Positions 1 through 10,651 are shown, numbered from the stretch's first letter. The stretch is 64,000 nucleotides of DNA from an uncultured Verrucomicrobiae bacterium (GCA_963707025.1 CAVPOM010000004.1:704001-768000); one strand, 5' to 3'. Notes: generated by a model from the sequence alone, not told the origin. Program-made: numbers and translations.

Positions 1-140
1 TCATTTTATATGCAAAAATGCTCGCTGATAAACCCAACGAGTAGCGCGGACGGCGGACCGGGGAAGCTGGCGGCCGAGCGGGTCGGCAAGCCGCAAGAGT
101 CGCAATGGCGAACGGCTTTTTAATAGATGGGGACAAGAAC

Positions 141-323
141 GGAGGCGTCTTGACACTGCTGCCGGCGGAGTGCGGCCGTCCCCGGCCGCAGCAAGCCAGG
201 GATTGTTTGGGTACCCAGGAAAATCACCGCCGCGCCGTGTTTCCCACGCTGCTGCGCCCGAGGACGGGCGCACTCCTGTGGCATTCTTGCGACTGACGCC
301 GGTAGCAGCGTCAAGATGCACCC
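141..323. mobile_element. MITE-like non-autonomous element (183 bp) with imperfect ~27-bp TIRs and 9-bp TSD
   Basis: Left end GGAGGCGTCTTGACACTGCTGCCGGCG vs reverse complement of right end GGGTGCATCTTGACGCTGCTACCGGCG; GACAAGAAC directly repeated at 132-140 and 324-332; internal inverted REP-like pair. Confidence 0.8.
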
Positions 324-409
324 GACAAGAACTGACAGCAGAATATGTGCTTTGACAAGCCTGGCGGCTTGGGGCGAAGATGGCAAGGCCCGCAGTTATC
401 ATTGAATCT

Positions 410-2649
410 ATGAAACGCCTGTCCGCGGTTCTTGGGCTGCTTGAATTGAACAATCTTTTCTATCCGGATTTTTGTTTGTCGGGCTTGATGATTGCCGTCA
501 TGGTGGCGCTTTCTCCCCCGCGCGCCGCAGCTCAGGACGCCTCCCCGGCCAATCACGATTACTGGGCGGTGGAAGATCGTGGGGAGCGTGAGAAGTTGCC
601 CCTTTACAAAATCATTCCGGCGGCGGCCACCGCGGAATTGACGCCGGCCAACGGCTATCCCAAGCGGGATACGTTTCTAACCTGGCACCGCTCGCATGGT
701 GACAACGGCGGCCTGCGTTACTCGGCGCTGGCCCAGATCAATCGTGCCAACGTCAAGAACTTGGAAGTGGCCTGGATTTATCATTCAAAGGATGGCAGCA
801 ACAATCTCCAATGCAATCCCATCATGGTGCGGGATACCCTGATCGCACCCACGGCCGGCCAATTCATGGTTGGCATCGCCGCGGAGAACGGCCGGGAGTT
901 GTGGCGGTTCAAGCCGGAAGGCAGGCCGGCTTTTCGCGGGCTGATTTACTGGCCGGGCGGCAACTCTGCCAGTGAGCGCGTCCTGTTTTGCGCGGGCAAA
1001 TATCTTTACGCGCTCAATCCCAAGACCGGCACGCCGATCCCCGATTTCGGCGAGCAAGGACACGCCTTGCTGCCCGGCCGGGTGCAAGGGGATTTCGGCG
1101 CGGCCACGACCGGGCCTGCCATCTTTGAAGACACCATCGTCATTCCCGGCTTTGAGAAGGATGTGTGGGGGCTGAACGCCGGCTCCGGCCAATGGCGCTG
1201 GACTTTTCACACCGTGCCCCATCCGGGAGAGTTTGGCGCCGGGACGTGGGACCGGCCGGAAAGCTACGCCGCCAATTGTTGGAGCGGCATGGCCCTGGAT
1301 GAAGTGCGCGGCATCGCCTACATCCCCACCGCCTCGGCCAAGGAGAATTTCATCGGCGTCGGCCATCTCGGCGACAATCTTTTCGCCAACTGCCTGATCG
1401 CGCTGGATGCGCGCACCGGCCGGCGCCTCTGGCATTTTCAGGAAATCGCCCATGACATCTGGGACCAGGACATCCCCGCCCCGCCCAATCTGGCCACCAT
1501 CCGCCGCGAGGGCAAATTGGTGGACGTTGTCGCCGTGACCACCAAGATCGGCGAAACCCTCGTGCTGGATCGCGTGACCGGGAAGCTCATTTTCCCGTTT
1601 CGCCTGCGCCGCGCCCCAACCAGCGAGTTGCCGGGCGAAGTGACGGCCCCTTACCAGCCGGATCCGGAGTTGCCGGAGCGATTCTCCAAAATGGAGTTCA
1701 CGGCGGCCGATATGACCGATCGCACACCCGAAGCGGCGGAATTTGTGGCGGGCCGCTGCCAAAGCGCAACAACGGGATTTTTCCAGCCGGCCTGCTCGGT
1801 CGGCCCATTTTGTATCTCGGCATTGACGGCGGAGCCGAATGGTCCGGATCCTGCGTGGACCCGGAGACGGGCCGGCTCTACGTCAGCGCCAATCATGCCG
1901 CCTGGCTTATTTCCGTCTTTCGCGATGATGATCCGCCCGACGATCCGGCCGCGCCGCCGACCCTGGGCCAGACGGTCTATCGAGCCAACTGCGCTTCATG
2001 CCACGGCATAAACCGGCTGGGCATCGCCGTGGCTCCGCCGTTGCGCGGATTGCGGTTTCGACTGTCGGACGAGGCCCTTGTCAAACAGATTCGTCTCGGA
2101 AAAAACGGCATGCCGGGCAACACCAACTTGAGCGAGAGCGACCTCAAGGCGCTGGCCGATTATCTCCTGTTGCGCGATCGCCCCGCCCCGCCGCCCCAGC
2201 CAAAGTCCGAGCGCCCGCGTTACGGCTTCACCGGTTATCCCAGGTTTTACGATAATGAGGGCTATCCCGCCAACAAGCCGCCCTGGGGCACGCTCAATTG
2301 CCTGGACCTGAACACGGGCAAGCTGGTCTGGAAAGTCCCGCTGGGCGAATACCCGGAACTGGCGGCCCAGGGCGTTCCCAAAACCGGCACGGAAAACTAC
2401 GGCGGGCCTATTGTCACCGCCGGCGGCCTGGTGTTTTGTTCCGGCACGCGCGACGCCAAAATCCGCGCTTTCGACAAGGAGACCGGGGCGGAATTGTGGT
2501 CGGGCAAACTGCCGTGGGTGGGCAGCGCGCCCCCGGCGACCTATCAAGTCAACGGGCGCCAATATGTCGTGACCGCCGCGACCGGCAACAAGCTGGGCAA
2601 ACAAAACGAGTACGGCGACGCCTACGTCGCCTTCGCCCTGCCCAAATAA
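410..2649 (+). CDS. PQQ-dependent (quinoprotein glucose-type) dehydrogenase with internal cytochrome c domain; one-base frameshift near 1795; start uncertain (380/410/488)
   Basis: PQQ propeller motifs (INRANVKNLEVAW, HDIWDQDIP, PPWGTL, GTENYGGPIVTAGGLVF, IRAFDKETGAELW), heme motif CASCH; ORFs 380-2011 and 1810-2649 join if one base is added. Confidence 0.85.
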
Positions 2650-2675
2650 TGCCATTTCCAGTATGCGCTTGCACT

Positions 2676-2698
2676 GTAGCGGCGGTCTGCGACCGCCG
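2676..2698 (+). repeat. GTAG-type REP-like palindrome
   Basis: GTAG followed by hairpin CGGCGGTC-TGC-GACCGCCG; second copy at 39014-39037. Confidence 0.6.
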
Positions 2699-2789
2699 CC
2701 AATTGCTTTGGCAACAGTGCAGTTACCAACTGGAAGGGGTATAAATCACCGATGCTTTTCCCATCAACTCCAATCCTCTTTCTGCCGCC

Positions 2790-5348
2790 TCATTGCGAGC
2801 CGATGCGGTAGTAGCGTCCGGAACTGCCCGCCTGAAAAGGTTCGCTGAAATAATAGGAACCGTTGGTGAGCGTGAGACTTTGCAGCGGAGTCCACACGGG
2901 GCTGGCCAGATCGGTGCAGGCTTCCACCACGATGGGGATGTTTGTAGCGCCGGTGATGTTGAACCCGAATTGACCGTTCTGCACACCAATGCTGCCGTCG
3001 CCGGTTTGGATCAGCGGGTTCCACAGCACCGCCGGAAGATTGGCCAAACTGTTGCTCCAGCCGGTTGTGCCCGGCAGATAATAGATCGTCAGGTTGGCGT
3101 CGAAACGGAACGCCGAGGAATCAACGGGCAGGGCGTTGCCGTTGAAAAAAATGCTGCTCAGACTCGTGCCTGCGAACGCGTACCCTCCGATGCTGGTCAT
3201 GCTGCTGGGAATCGTGATGCTGGTCAGCAACGTGCAGTAAGCGAAGGCAAACTCCCCTATGTTTGTCACCCCGTTGCCGATTGTGGCGCTGGTCAAACTG
3301 CTGCAAAGGGAAAACGCATCGGCCCCGATGCTGCCGACGCTGCCGGGAATCGTGATGCTGGTCAGATTGGAGCAGCCTTGGAACTCGTACAACGCTCTCC
3401 CCCCGAACCCGGTGACCCCGTTGGCCATCGTGGCATTGGTCAGGCTGGCGCAGAAAGCGAAGGCATAAAACCCGAAGTTGGTGACGCCGGCCGGAATGGT
3501 GACGCTGGTCAAAGCGGCGCCGCAGAAGGCCTCCGGGCCGATGCTGGTGACGCTGCCCGGAATCGCGTAGCCTCCGCTGACGCCCCCTGGGTACTGAAGC
3601 AGCGTCGAGGCGCTCTTGTCAAACAGAACTCCATTGATGCTGCTGTAAAACTCATTCGCCGGGTCCACATTTATCGCTGTCAGGCTGGCACACCAGGCCA
3701 ACACCCCGGGAGAGGCCGTATTGAGGATGGCGCCGAAGGGGGCTCCCAGGTTGGTCACGCTGGCGGGAATCGTCACGCTGGCCAGGCGGGAGCAGCCGGC
3801 GAACGCTTCATCCCCGATGCCGGTGACACCGTTCAGGATCGTGACGTTGGTCAGCCCTAAGCAATATATGAACGAACCCTCTCCGAGGTTGGTGACAGTG
3901 CCGGGGATGGTGACGCTGGTCAGCCTGGTGCAGAATTCAAACGCTTCAGCCCCGATGCCGGTGACACCGTTCGGGATCGAGACGTTGGTCAGCCCTGTGC
4001 AATATATGAACGAACCCTCTCCTAGGTTGGTGACAGTGCCGGGGATCGTGACACTGGTCAGGCTGGCGCAGGATTCAAACGTATCCTCCCCGATGCTGAG
4101 GAGGCCGTTGGCCAGGGCGGCGTTTGTCAGGCTGACGCAATACGCGAACACGGCATCCCCGATTTGGGCGACGCTGCCGGGAATCGTGACGCTGGCCAGG
4201 TTGGAACAGCCGGCGAACGCTTCATCCCCGATGCCGGTGACACCGTTCGGGATCGAGACGTTGGTCAGCACTGTGCAATAGGTGAACGAACCCTCTCCCA
4301 GGTTGGTGACAGTGCCGGGGATGGTGACGCTGGTCAGGTTGGTGCAGAATTCAAACGCATAGTCCCCGATGCTGAGGAGGCCGTTGGCCATGGCGGCGTT
4401 TGTCAGTCTGAAGCAATACGCGAACACGGAATGGCCGAAATTGGTGACGCTGGCGGGAATCGTGACGCTGGTCAGGTTGGAGCAGCCTTCGAACGCTGCC
4501 TCCCCGAGGCTGGGGACACCGTTCTGGATCGTGACGTTGGTCAGCCCTGTGCAATAGCTGAACGAACTCTCTCCGAGATTGGTGACAGTGCTGGGGATGG
4601 TGACGCTGGTCAGGCTGGCGCAATACGCGAACACGGCTTCCCCGATATTGGTGAGGCTGTCGGGAATCGTGACGCTGGCCAGGTTGGAGCAGCCGGCGAA
4701 CGCTTCATCCCCGATGCTGGTGACACCGTTCTGGATTGTGACGTTGGTCAGCCCTGTACAATAGGTGAACGAACCGTCTCCCAGGTTGGTGACAGTGCCG
4801 GGAATCGTGACGCTGGCCAGGTTGGAGCAGCCGGCGAACGCTTCATCCCCGATGCCGGTGACACCGTTCTGGATCGTGACGTTGGTCAGCCCTGTGCAAT
4901 AGGTGAACGAACCGTCTCCCAGGTTGGTGACAGTGCCGGGGATGGTGACGCTGGCCAGGTTGGTGCAGAATTCAAACGCATCCTCCCCGATGCTGAGGAG
5001 GCCGTTGGCCATGGCGGCGTTTGTCAGGCTAACGCAATACGCGAACACGGCATCTCCAATATCAGTGACGCTGCCGGGAATGGCGATGCCAGTCAGGCTG
5101 GTGAGACCCGCAAACGCCCCGCTGCCGAGGCTGGTGACCAGCAGGCCGTTGAGGTTGGTTGGAACGGTCACAGCCCAGGGCGGCCCGGCGTAAGCCGCGA
5201 TGTTGACACTGCCGTCGGCGTTTCTGTTGTAAGTGTAGATACTGCCGTCGGCATTTGTCTTGTAACTGAATTGGGCTTGCACCGCTGCCGGCGCGGCCAA
5301 CAGGGCGGCCATTAATATAATCACGCGAGCCAAAATCATTTTTTCCAT
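2790..5348 (-). CDS. BspA-type leucine-rich repeat (LRR_5) secreted surface protein
   Basis: Signal peptide; many 23-aa repeats CxxLTSVTIPxSVTxIGxxAF; C-terminal VEACTDL...W...RYYR domain. Confidence 0.92.
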   Translation of the reverse strand: MEKMILARVIILMAALLAAPAAVQAQFSYKTNADGSIYTYNRNADGSVNIAAYAGPPWAVTVPTNLNGLLVTSLGSGAFAGLTSLTGIAIPGSVTDIGDAVFAYCVSLTNAAMANGLLSIGEDAFEFCTNLASVTIPGTVTNLGDGSFTYCTGLTNVTIQNGVTGIGDEAFAGCSNLASVTIPGTVTNLGDGSFTYCTGLTNVTIQNGVTSIGDEAFAGCSNLASVTIPDSLTNIGEAVFAYCASLTSVTIPSTVTNLGESSFSYCTGLTNVTIQNGVPSLGEAAFEGCSNLTSVTIPASVTNFGHSVFAYCFRLTNAAMANGLLSIGDYAFEFCTNLTSVTIPGTVTNLGEGSFTYCTVLTNVSIPNGVTGIGDEAFAGCSNLASVTIPGSVAQIGDAVFAYCVSLTNAALANGLLSIGEDTFESCASLTSVTIPGTVTNLGEGSFIYCTGLTNVSIPNGVTGIGAEAFEFCTRLTSVTIPGTVTNLGEGSFIYCLGLTNVTILNGVTGIGDEAFAGCSRLASVTIPASVTNLGAPFGAILNTASPGVLAWCASLTAINVDPANEFYSSINGVLFDKSASTLLQYPGGVSGGYAIPGSVTSIGPEAFCGAALTSVTIPAGVTNFGFYAFAFCASLTNATMANGVTGFGGRALYEFQGCSNLTSITIPGSVGSIGADAFSLCSSLTSATIGNGVTNIGEFAFAYCTLLTSITIPSSMTSIGGYAFAGTSLSSIFFNGNALPVDSSAFRFDANLTIYYLPGTTGWSNSLANLPAVLWNPLIQTGDGSIGVQNGQFGFNITGATNIPIVVEACTDLASPVWTPLQSLTLTNGSYYFSEPFQAGSSGRYYRIGSQ

Positions 5349-5870
5349 ATCAACGCACTCCTTTGAAATCGCTGGGCGACCGTACCGGCGAACCTACCCC
5401 GGTTGATGGCGAAAAGCAATCGAGATGTTGTGTCAATTAAGACCCGTTTACCGGCCTTTTTGTGGCGCGGGTATCTCCTGGCATAACCCGAAGTTTTCAT
5501 GGCCACGGCTGCTTTGCGCGGCGCCGCGCCGGGCGCAGGCGTCCCATCCGCACTTTGTCAATCCGGCAGGCTTGAGGGCGGAGTCCTGACCCAACCTCTT
5601 CCCATAACCAATCACAGATCTTCAATGGCCAATTCTCAATCGAGATTTCCCAAATCATAAAGTCTTTGCCTGGCCGGCAGGACTTGCCCCAAAAAGTGAA
5701 ATTCACGCGCAGTCTGGAGGGCCTGCTTGACTTGGTTGCGGCGCGGCCTAGCATTTCGGCCATGAACCCCGGCAGCAGGTCGCCCATCACCGCGTTGAGC
5801 TTTGGCCAGGCCGCGCCGCTGGCCGGGTCCTTTTCCATGGCGACATCGCCAATTGAGGAGAGCAACTAAT

Positions 5871-7529
5871 ATGATTCTTGAAACCACCAAACGCTCTTGC
5901 GGCCGGCTTGGCGCCGCAGCCCTGGCCGGTCTTGGCCTTGCCCTTTTCAGCGGTCCAACTCCGGCGCTGGGGGCCGCAAACCCCCTGCCGCAGGTCGTGA
6001 CCCAAAACGGACGCCATGCCCTCATGGTGGACGGCGCGCCCTACCTCATCCTGGGCGCGCAGTGCCACAACTCCAGCGCCTGGCCGGGCTTGCTCCCCAA
6101 GGTCTGGCCGGCCATTGATGATCTCCACGCCAACACGCTGGAAATCCCGGTTTATTGGGAGCAATTCGAGCCGGAACTGGGCGTCTTCGACACCTCGATT
6201 GTTGACTTGATCCTGAAGCAGGCCCGCCAACACAACGCGCGCCTGGTCCTCCTCTGGTTCGGCACCTGGAAAAACGGCAGCTCGCATTACCTCCCATCCT
6301 GGGCCAAAAGCCGGCCGGATCTGTTCCCCCGCATGATCGCCAGGGATGGACGGCGGGTGGATTCGCCCTCCCCTTTCGCCGCGTCGGCCCTGCAGGCCGA
6401 TACGCGCGCCTTCAGTTCCCTGATGCGCCACCTCAAGTCCGCCGACCCCGTTCACACCGTCATCATGGTCCAGGTTGAAAATGAACCGGGAACCTGGGGC
6501 GGCACCGTCCGCGACTATTCCCCGGAGGCGGAAAAAGTGTTTGCCGCGCCCGTGCCGGCGGAGTTCTTGCAGGCGCTGGGCGCCAACCGCGGCGCCGGCG
6601 GGAATTGGCGGGAGGTTTTCGGCACCAACGCCGACGAGTATTTTCAGGCCTGGGCCGTGGCCCGTTACATCGGCCAGGTGGCCGCGGCCGGCAAGGCCCA
6701 ATATCCCTTGCCCATGTATGTCAACGCCGCCTTGCGCGATCCGCTGGCCCCCGGCCCCGCCGGCACCTATGAAGCCGGCGGCGCGACCGACAATGTGCTT
6801 GACATTTGGAAGGCGGCCGCCCCGGCCATTGATATTCTCGCCCCCGACATTTACCAGAATGACAGCGCCAAATATCGCGCGGTGCTGGAACATTATGCCC
6901 GGCCCGACAACACGCTGTTTGTCCCCGAAACCGGCGGCAGCGGCAACGCCAGCCGGATGTGCTTTGCCGCCCTGGGACGCGGCGCCGTCGGCTGGTCGCC
7001 CTTTGGCCTGGACTACACGCGGACAACGGAGGAGGCGCTCGCGCCCGTCGGGCTGAACTACCGGATGCTCGAACCGATCATGCGCGAAGTGGCGCGGCTC
7101 AATTTCGAAGGCAAAGTCCAGGCCGTGGCGGAGGAGGCGGGCCAGCCGGAGGCCGCGCTGGATTTTGGCGCGTGGCGGGCGGTCATCGGTTTTGGCGCGA
7201 CGGGCCGCGGCGGGCGGGGCGCCGCGCCGGGAAACCCCACGCCGACAGGCCGCGCCCTGGTCGCGCAAATTGCGGAAAACCAATTCTACGTCACCGGCGC
7301 TTATTGCAAAATTGATTTCCGGGCCGCCTCCGGCGGACAGCGCGACTTTCTCCGGGTGGAGGAAGCCGCGCCGCTGGAAAGGCCGGCCCGCTCCTCCCGC
7401 AATGAGCCTGGCGGCCCGGCGGCTTCGGCCTTCCGCGCTTTGCGGATTTGGAACGGGGACGAGACCGATTATGGCCTGAACTTCGGTTCCGCGCCGCAAG
7501 CGCTGCGCGTTGCCTTGGGCACCTATTGA
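5871..7529 (+). CDS. GH35-like beta-galactosidase / DUF5597-domain glycoside hydrolase
   Basis: Signal peptide; LMVDGAPYLILG, VYWEQFEPE, LLWFGTWKNG, MVQVENEPG, APDIY, LFVPETG; GAGGAG RBS upstream of ATG 5871. Confidence 0.85.
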   Translation: MILETTKRSCGRLGAAALAGLGLALFSGPTPALGAANPLPQVVTQNGRHALMVDGAPYLILGAQCHNSSAWPGLLPKVWPAIDDLHANTLEIPVYWEQFEPELGVFDTSIVDLILKQARQHNARLVLLWFGTWKNGSSHYLPSWAKSRPDLFPRMIARDGRRVDSPSPFAASALQADTRAFSSLMRHLKSADPVHTVIMVQVENEPGTWGGTVRDYSPEAEKVFAAPVPAEFLQALGANRGAGGNWREVFGTNADEYFQAWAVARYIGQVAAAGKAQYPLPMYVNAALRDPLAPGPAGTYEAGGATDNVLDIWKAAAPAIDILAPDIYQNDSAKYRAVLEHYARPDNTLFVPETGGSGNASRMCFAALGRGAVGWSPFGLDYTRTTEEALAPVGLNYRMLEPIMREVARLNFEGKVQAVAEEAGQPEAALDFGAWRAVIGFGATGRGGRGAAPGNPTPTGRALVAQIAENQFYVTGAYCKIDFRAASGGQRDFLRVEEAAPLERPARSSRNEPGGPAASAFRALRIWNGDETDYGLNFGSAPQALRVALGTY

Positions 7530-7540
7530 GGCGCAATAAA

Positions 7541-9505
7541 ATGAAATCAAACTCTCTGGCGAAATGGGCCGGCGGGCTTGCCCTGCTGGCCGCCGTGGCT
7601 TCCCTTTCACCGGCGCGCGCCGGCGGTTACTCCAACCTCAGTGTCTGCGTCTATTTCCGCTATCAGGAGGTCCACTCCATTCCCGCCAGCCTGGCGCGTT
7701 TTTCCAACCAGTGGGCCAATGTCGAAAAACAGGTCAAGGTGGACAAGGTTTATCTGGAAACCACCCGCAACGGCGAATTGGCCGGCGACGCCGACGTGGA
7801 AACGCTGAAAAAATTCTTCCACGACCGTGGCATCCGGACTTCCGGCGGCCTGGGGCTGACCGCCCAGGAAAGCGACGGCTTCCGATCCTACGACTACAAC
7901 GCCCCGGCGGATCGCGCCCGGGTCAAGGCCATGTCCGAGTTCACCGCCCGACACTTCGACGAGATCATTCTGGACGACTTTTTTTTCTCCAACGACAAGG
8001 GCGAGGATGCCATTGCGGCCAAGGGCGGCAAAAGCTGGACGCAATTCCGCACGGAGCTGATGGATGAGGTCTCGCAAAACCTGATCATTGCGCCCGCCAG
8101 AGCTGTCAATCCTAAAGTCCGCCTGATCATCAAGTATCCCAACTGGTACGAGAGCTTCCAGGGCCTGGGTTACGATCTGGCGGTCGAGCCGAAACTTTTT
8201 GACGCCCTCTACACCGGCACGGAGACGCGCGACGCCAATTCCGGCCAGCGGTTGCAGTCCTACCAGAGCTACCTCCAAACCGAGTATTTCAACCGCATCA
8301 AGCCCGGCGGCAACCAGGGCGGGTGGATTGACGGCGGCGGCGACGCCCGCTACGCCGAACAGTTCTGGGACACCTTTTTCGCAAAAGTGCCGGAAATCAT
8401 GCTCTTCAACTCGCAGCAAATCATGCAAGGCCTGGGCGGACGCGGCGGACGCGGCGGACGCGGCGGAGGCGGCGGTGGGGCAGGGGAACCGGACACCAAT
8501 TCCATCCTCGCCAATCTGATGGCGCCCATTGTCCAGGCCGACGGTTCGACTTACACCCCAAACATGGTGGCCCGCACCGCCGGCTACTCGGCGGAACTGC
8601 TGGATCGCTTTCTCGGCAAGCTGGGCAGGCCCATCGGCGTTCCCACCTACAAACCCTGCAACTCCGCCGGCGAAGCCTATCTGCCCGATTACCTCGGCAT
8701 GGCCGGCGTCCCGATTGACCTGGTGCCGGACTTTCCCGGCAATGCTCCAACAATTCTATTGACAGCCGCCTCCAAATACGACCCTGACCTGGTGGCCAAG
8801 ACGAAGGAATTTGTGCGAAAAGGCGGCCAGGCCATCGCCACCACGGGCCTGCTTGAGGCCTTGGGTGACAAGGGCTTTCAGGACATCGCGGAAATTGAAG
8901 TGACCGGACACCGCGTCCTGGCCACGCGCTTCGGCGGCGGTCGCGGCGGTTTGGGCGGCGGCAATCGCGGCGCAGACGCGGCCGGGGCGCCGCCGGCCGC
9001 CCTGAACATGCTCCTGCCGCAATTGCGTCATTTTGAAAACGATTCCTGGACGGCCCTCAACTTCGAGACCGCCGATTCCGGCTATCCCATGGTCGTGCGC
9101 GCCTCCTGCGGCAAGGGAACTTTTTATGCGCTGGCCGTGCCGGATGATTTTGGGGACATCTACCGCCTGCCGCAGCCCGTCCTGACCCAGCTCCGCAACC
9201 TCCTGGGCCGGGACCTCTTCGTTAATCTTGACGCCCCGGATCACGTCAGCCTGTTCGCCTACGATAATCGCATGTTTATTGTGCAAAACTTCCAGTCCCA
9301 ACCGGTCACCGCGCGCGTCTCCGTGGTGCGCGCGACCGCCTTGCGCGATCTGCTCAGCGAGCAGACGATTGCGCCAGCGCAGGCCGGTGGCGCTTTTGGT
9401 GGAGGCGGCGGTCGCGGCGGTCGTGGCGGAATTCCCGGCAACGGCGGCAGCACCTTCGAGTTCCCGGTCCCCCCTCATTCCTTCCGCGTCTTCGCCGCCG
9501 AATAA
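7541..9505 (+). CDS. Secreted hypothetical protein, putative TIM-barrel glycoside hydrolase-like with Gly/Arg-rich inserts
   Basis: Signal peptide ending ARA; motifs FDEIILDDFFF, IIKYPNWYE, YTGTETRD; 11 bp downstream of GH35 gene. Confidence 0.6.
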   Translation: MKSNSLAKWAGGLALLAAVASLSPARAGGYSNLSVCVYFRYQEVHSIPASLARFSNQWANVEKQVKVDKVYLETTRNGELAGDADVETLKKFFHDRGIRTSGGLGLTAQESDGFRSYDYNAPADRARVKAMSEFTARHFDEIILDDFFFSNDKGEDAIAAKGGKSWTQFRTELMDEVSQNLIIAPARAVNPKVRLIIKYPNWYESFQGLGYDLAVEPKLFDALYTGTETRDANSGQRLQSYQSYLQTEYFNRIKPGGNQGGWIDGGGDARYAEQFWDTFFAKVPEIMLFNSQQIMQGLGGRGGRGGRGGGGGGAGEPDTNSILANLMAPIVQADGSTYTPNMVARTAGYSAELLDRFLGKLGRPIGVPTYKPCNSAGEAYLPDYLGMAGVPIDLVPDFPGNAPTILLTAASKYDPDLVAKTKEFVRKGGQAIATTGLLEALGDKGFQDIAEIEVTGHRVLATRFGGGRGGLGGGNRGADAAGAPPAALNMLLPQLRHFENDSWTALNFETADSGYPMVVRASCGKGTFYALAVPDDFGDIYRLPQPVLTQLRNLLGRDLFVNLDAPDHVSLFAYDNRMFIVQNFQSQPVTARVSVVRATALRDLLSEQTIAPAQAGGAFGGGGGRGGRGGIPGNGGSTFEFPVPPHSFRVFAAE

Positions 9506-9647
9506 AACCCCCTCATGCGGAAAGAAAACACTGCGATGCGATTAGCATTTTCCCGGGCCTGACGGGTTGACGGCTCAAAACACTTTTAGCCGTCGGCGAG
9601 GCTCTGGCACAACGAGCGGGCGGGGCGGTGCTCCCAAACTCCCCCAT

Positions 9648-9679
9648 CACTCCAGCACTCCAGCACTCCAGCACTCCAT
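9648..9679 (+). repeat. 8-bp tandem repeat (CACTCCAG)x3 + CACTCCAT
   Basis: Read directly; related copies on the opposite strand at 50746-50772 and 56803-56837. Confidence 0.85.
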
Positions 9680-9748
9680 CGCCCCTCCCGCGGCGGTTTT
9701 TGCTGTGTTTCGGGCGGCGGGTGCGCCATGCTCCACGGCCACGGAATT

Positions 9749-10651
9749 ATGCGACTGATCGGCCGGCTAAATAGTGAATCCAACGCCAAGTCTTTTGGCG
9801 ATTATTTGACGTGCCTGGAAATCCGCAACGCGGTCGAAGCGGAGCCGGACGGCCAGTGGGCGGTCTGGGTTTTTTCGGAGGATCAACTGGAGGCCAGTCA
9901 TCAGGCGCTGACGGATTTTGTGGCGCATCCAAAAGATCCGAAGTTTCGGCGCGCTTCGGAAAAGGCCGGGGCCATCCGGCAACGCGAGGAGAAGGAAAAA
10001 AGCGAATTTGCCAAACGCGTTCTGACGCCGGAGACGATGTGGGGGGGCTTCTCTCTGGGGCCGTTGACCGTGGTGCTGATGGGCGCGTGCATCGGCCTGG
10101 CGGTGGTGGCCGGGTTTCCCCCGGAGGAAGGATACCTCGTAGATCACCGCGTTTATCGGAACCTCTATATTAGCTTGGCGACTTCCGGTTCGGCGTTTCT
10201 GCCGGAAATCCGCCAAGGCGAGGTTTGGCGGCTCATCACGCCGGCCTTCATTCACATGAATCTGATTCATTTGGTGTTCAACATGTTTTGGTTGAAAGAC
10301 CTCGGTTCGATGATCGAAGCCAGGAAGGGAACCTTGACCCTGCTCGTCATGGTGCTGCTGGTGGCGGCGGTTTCAGATTTCGCCCAGTATTGGGTCTCTG
10401 GGCCGGACTTTGGCGGCATGTCCGGGGTCCTCTATGGCCTGTTCGGCTACATTTGGATGCGCGGCAAATTTGAGCCCGCTTCCGGGCTGCACCTGCATCC
10501 GACCAACGTCATCATCATGGTGGGCTGGTTTTTTCTCTGCCTCCTTCATATTATTCCGCACGTCGCCAATAGCGCGCATGGCGTGGGGTTGGCCCTGGGG
10601 ATGATTTGGGGCGCGGGGCCGCCCCTGGCAAAAAAGCTTTTGAAACTTTGA
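9749..10651 (+). CDS. glpG: Rhomboid family intramembrane serine protease (GlpG-like)
   Basis: WRLITPAFIH, HLVFNM, GGMSGVLYG (catalytic Ser), ANSAHGVG (catalytic His), GlpG-like N-terminal domain. Confidence 0.9.
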   Translation: MRLIGRLNSESNAKSFGDYLTCLEIRNAVEAEPDGQWAVWVFSEDQLEASHQALTDFVAHPKDPKFRRASEKAGAIRQREEKEKSEFAKRVLTPETMWGGFSLGPLTVVLMGACIGLAVVAGFPPEEGYLVDHRVYRNLYISLATSGSAFLPEIRQGEVWRLITPAFIHMNLIHLVFNMFWLKDLGSMIEARKGTLTLLVMVLLVAAVSDFAQYWVSGPDFGGMSGVLYGLFGYIWMRGKFEPASGLHLHPTNVIIMVGWFFLCLLHIIPHVANSAHGVGLALGMIWGAGPPLAKKLLKL

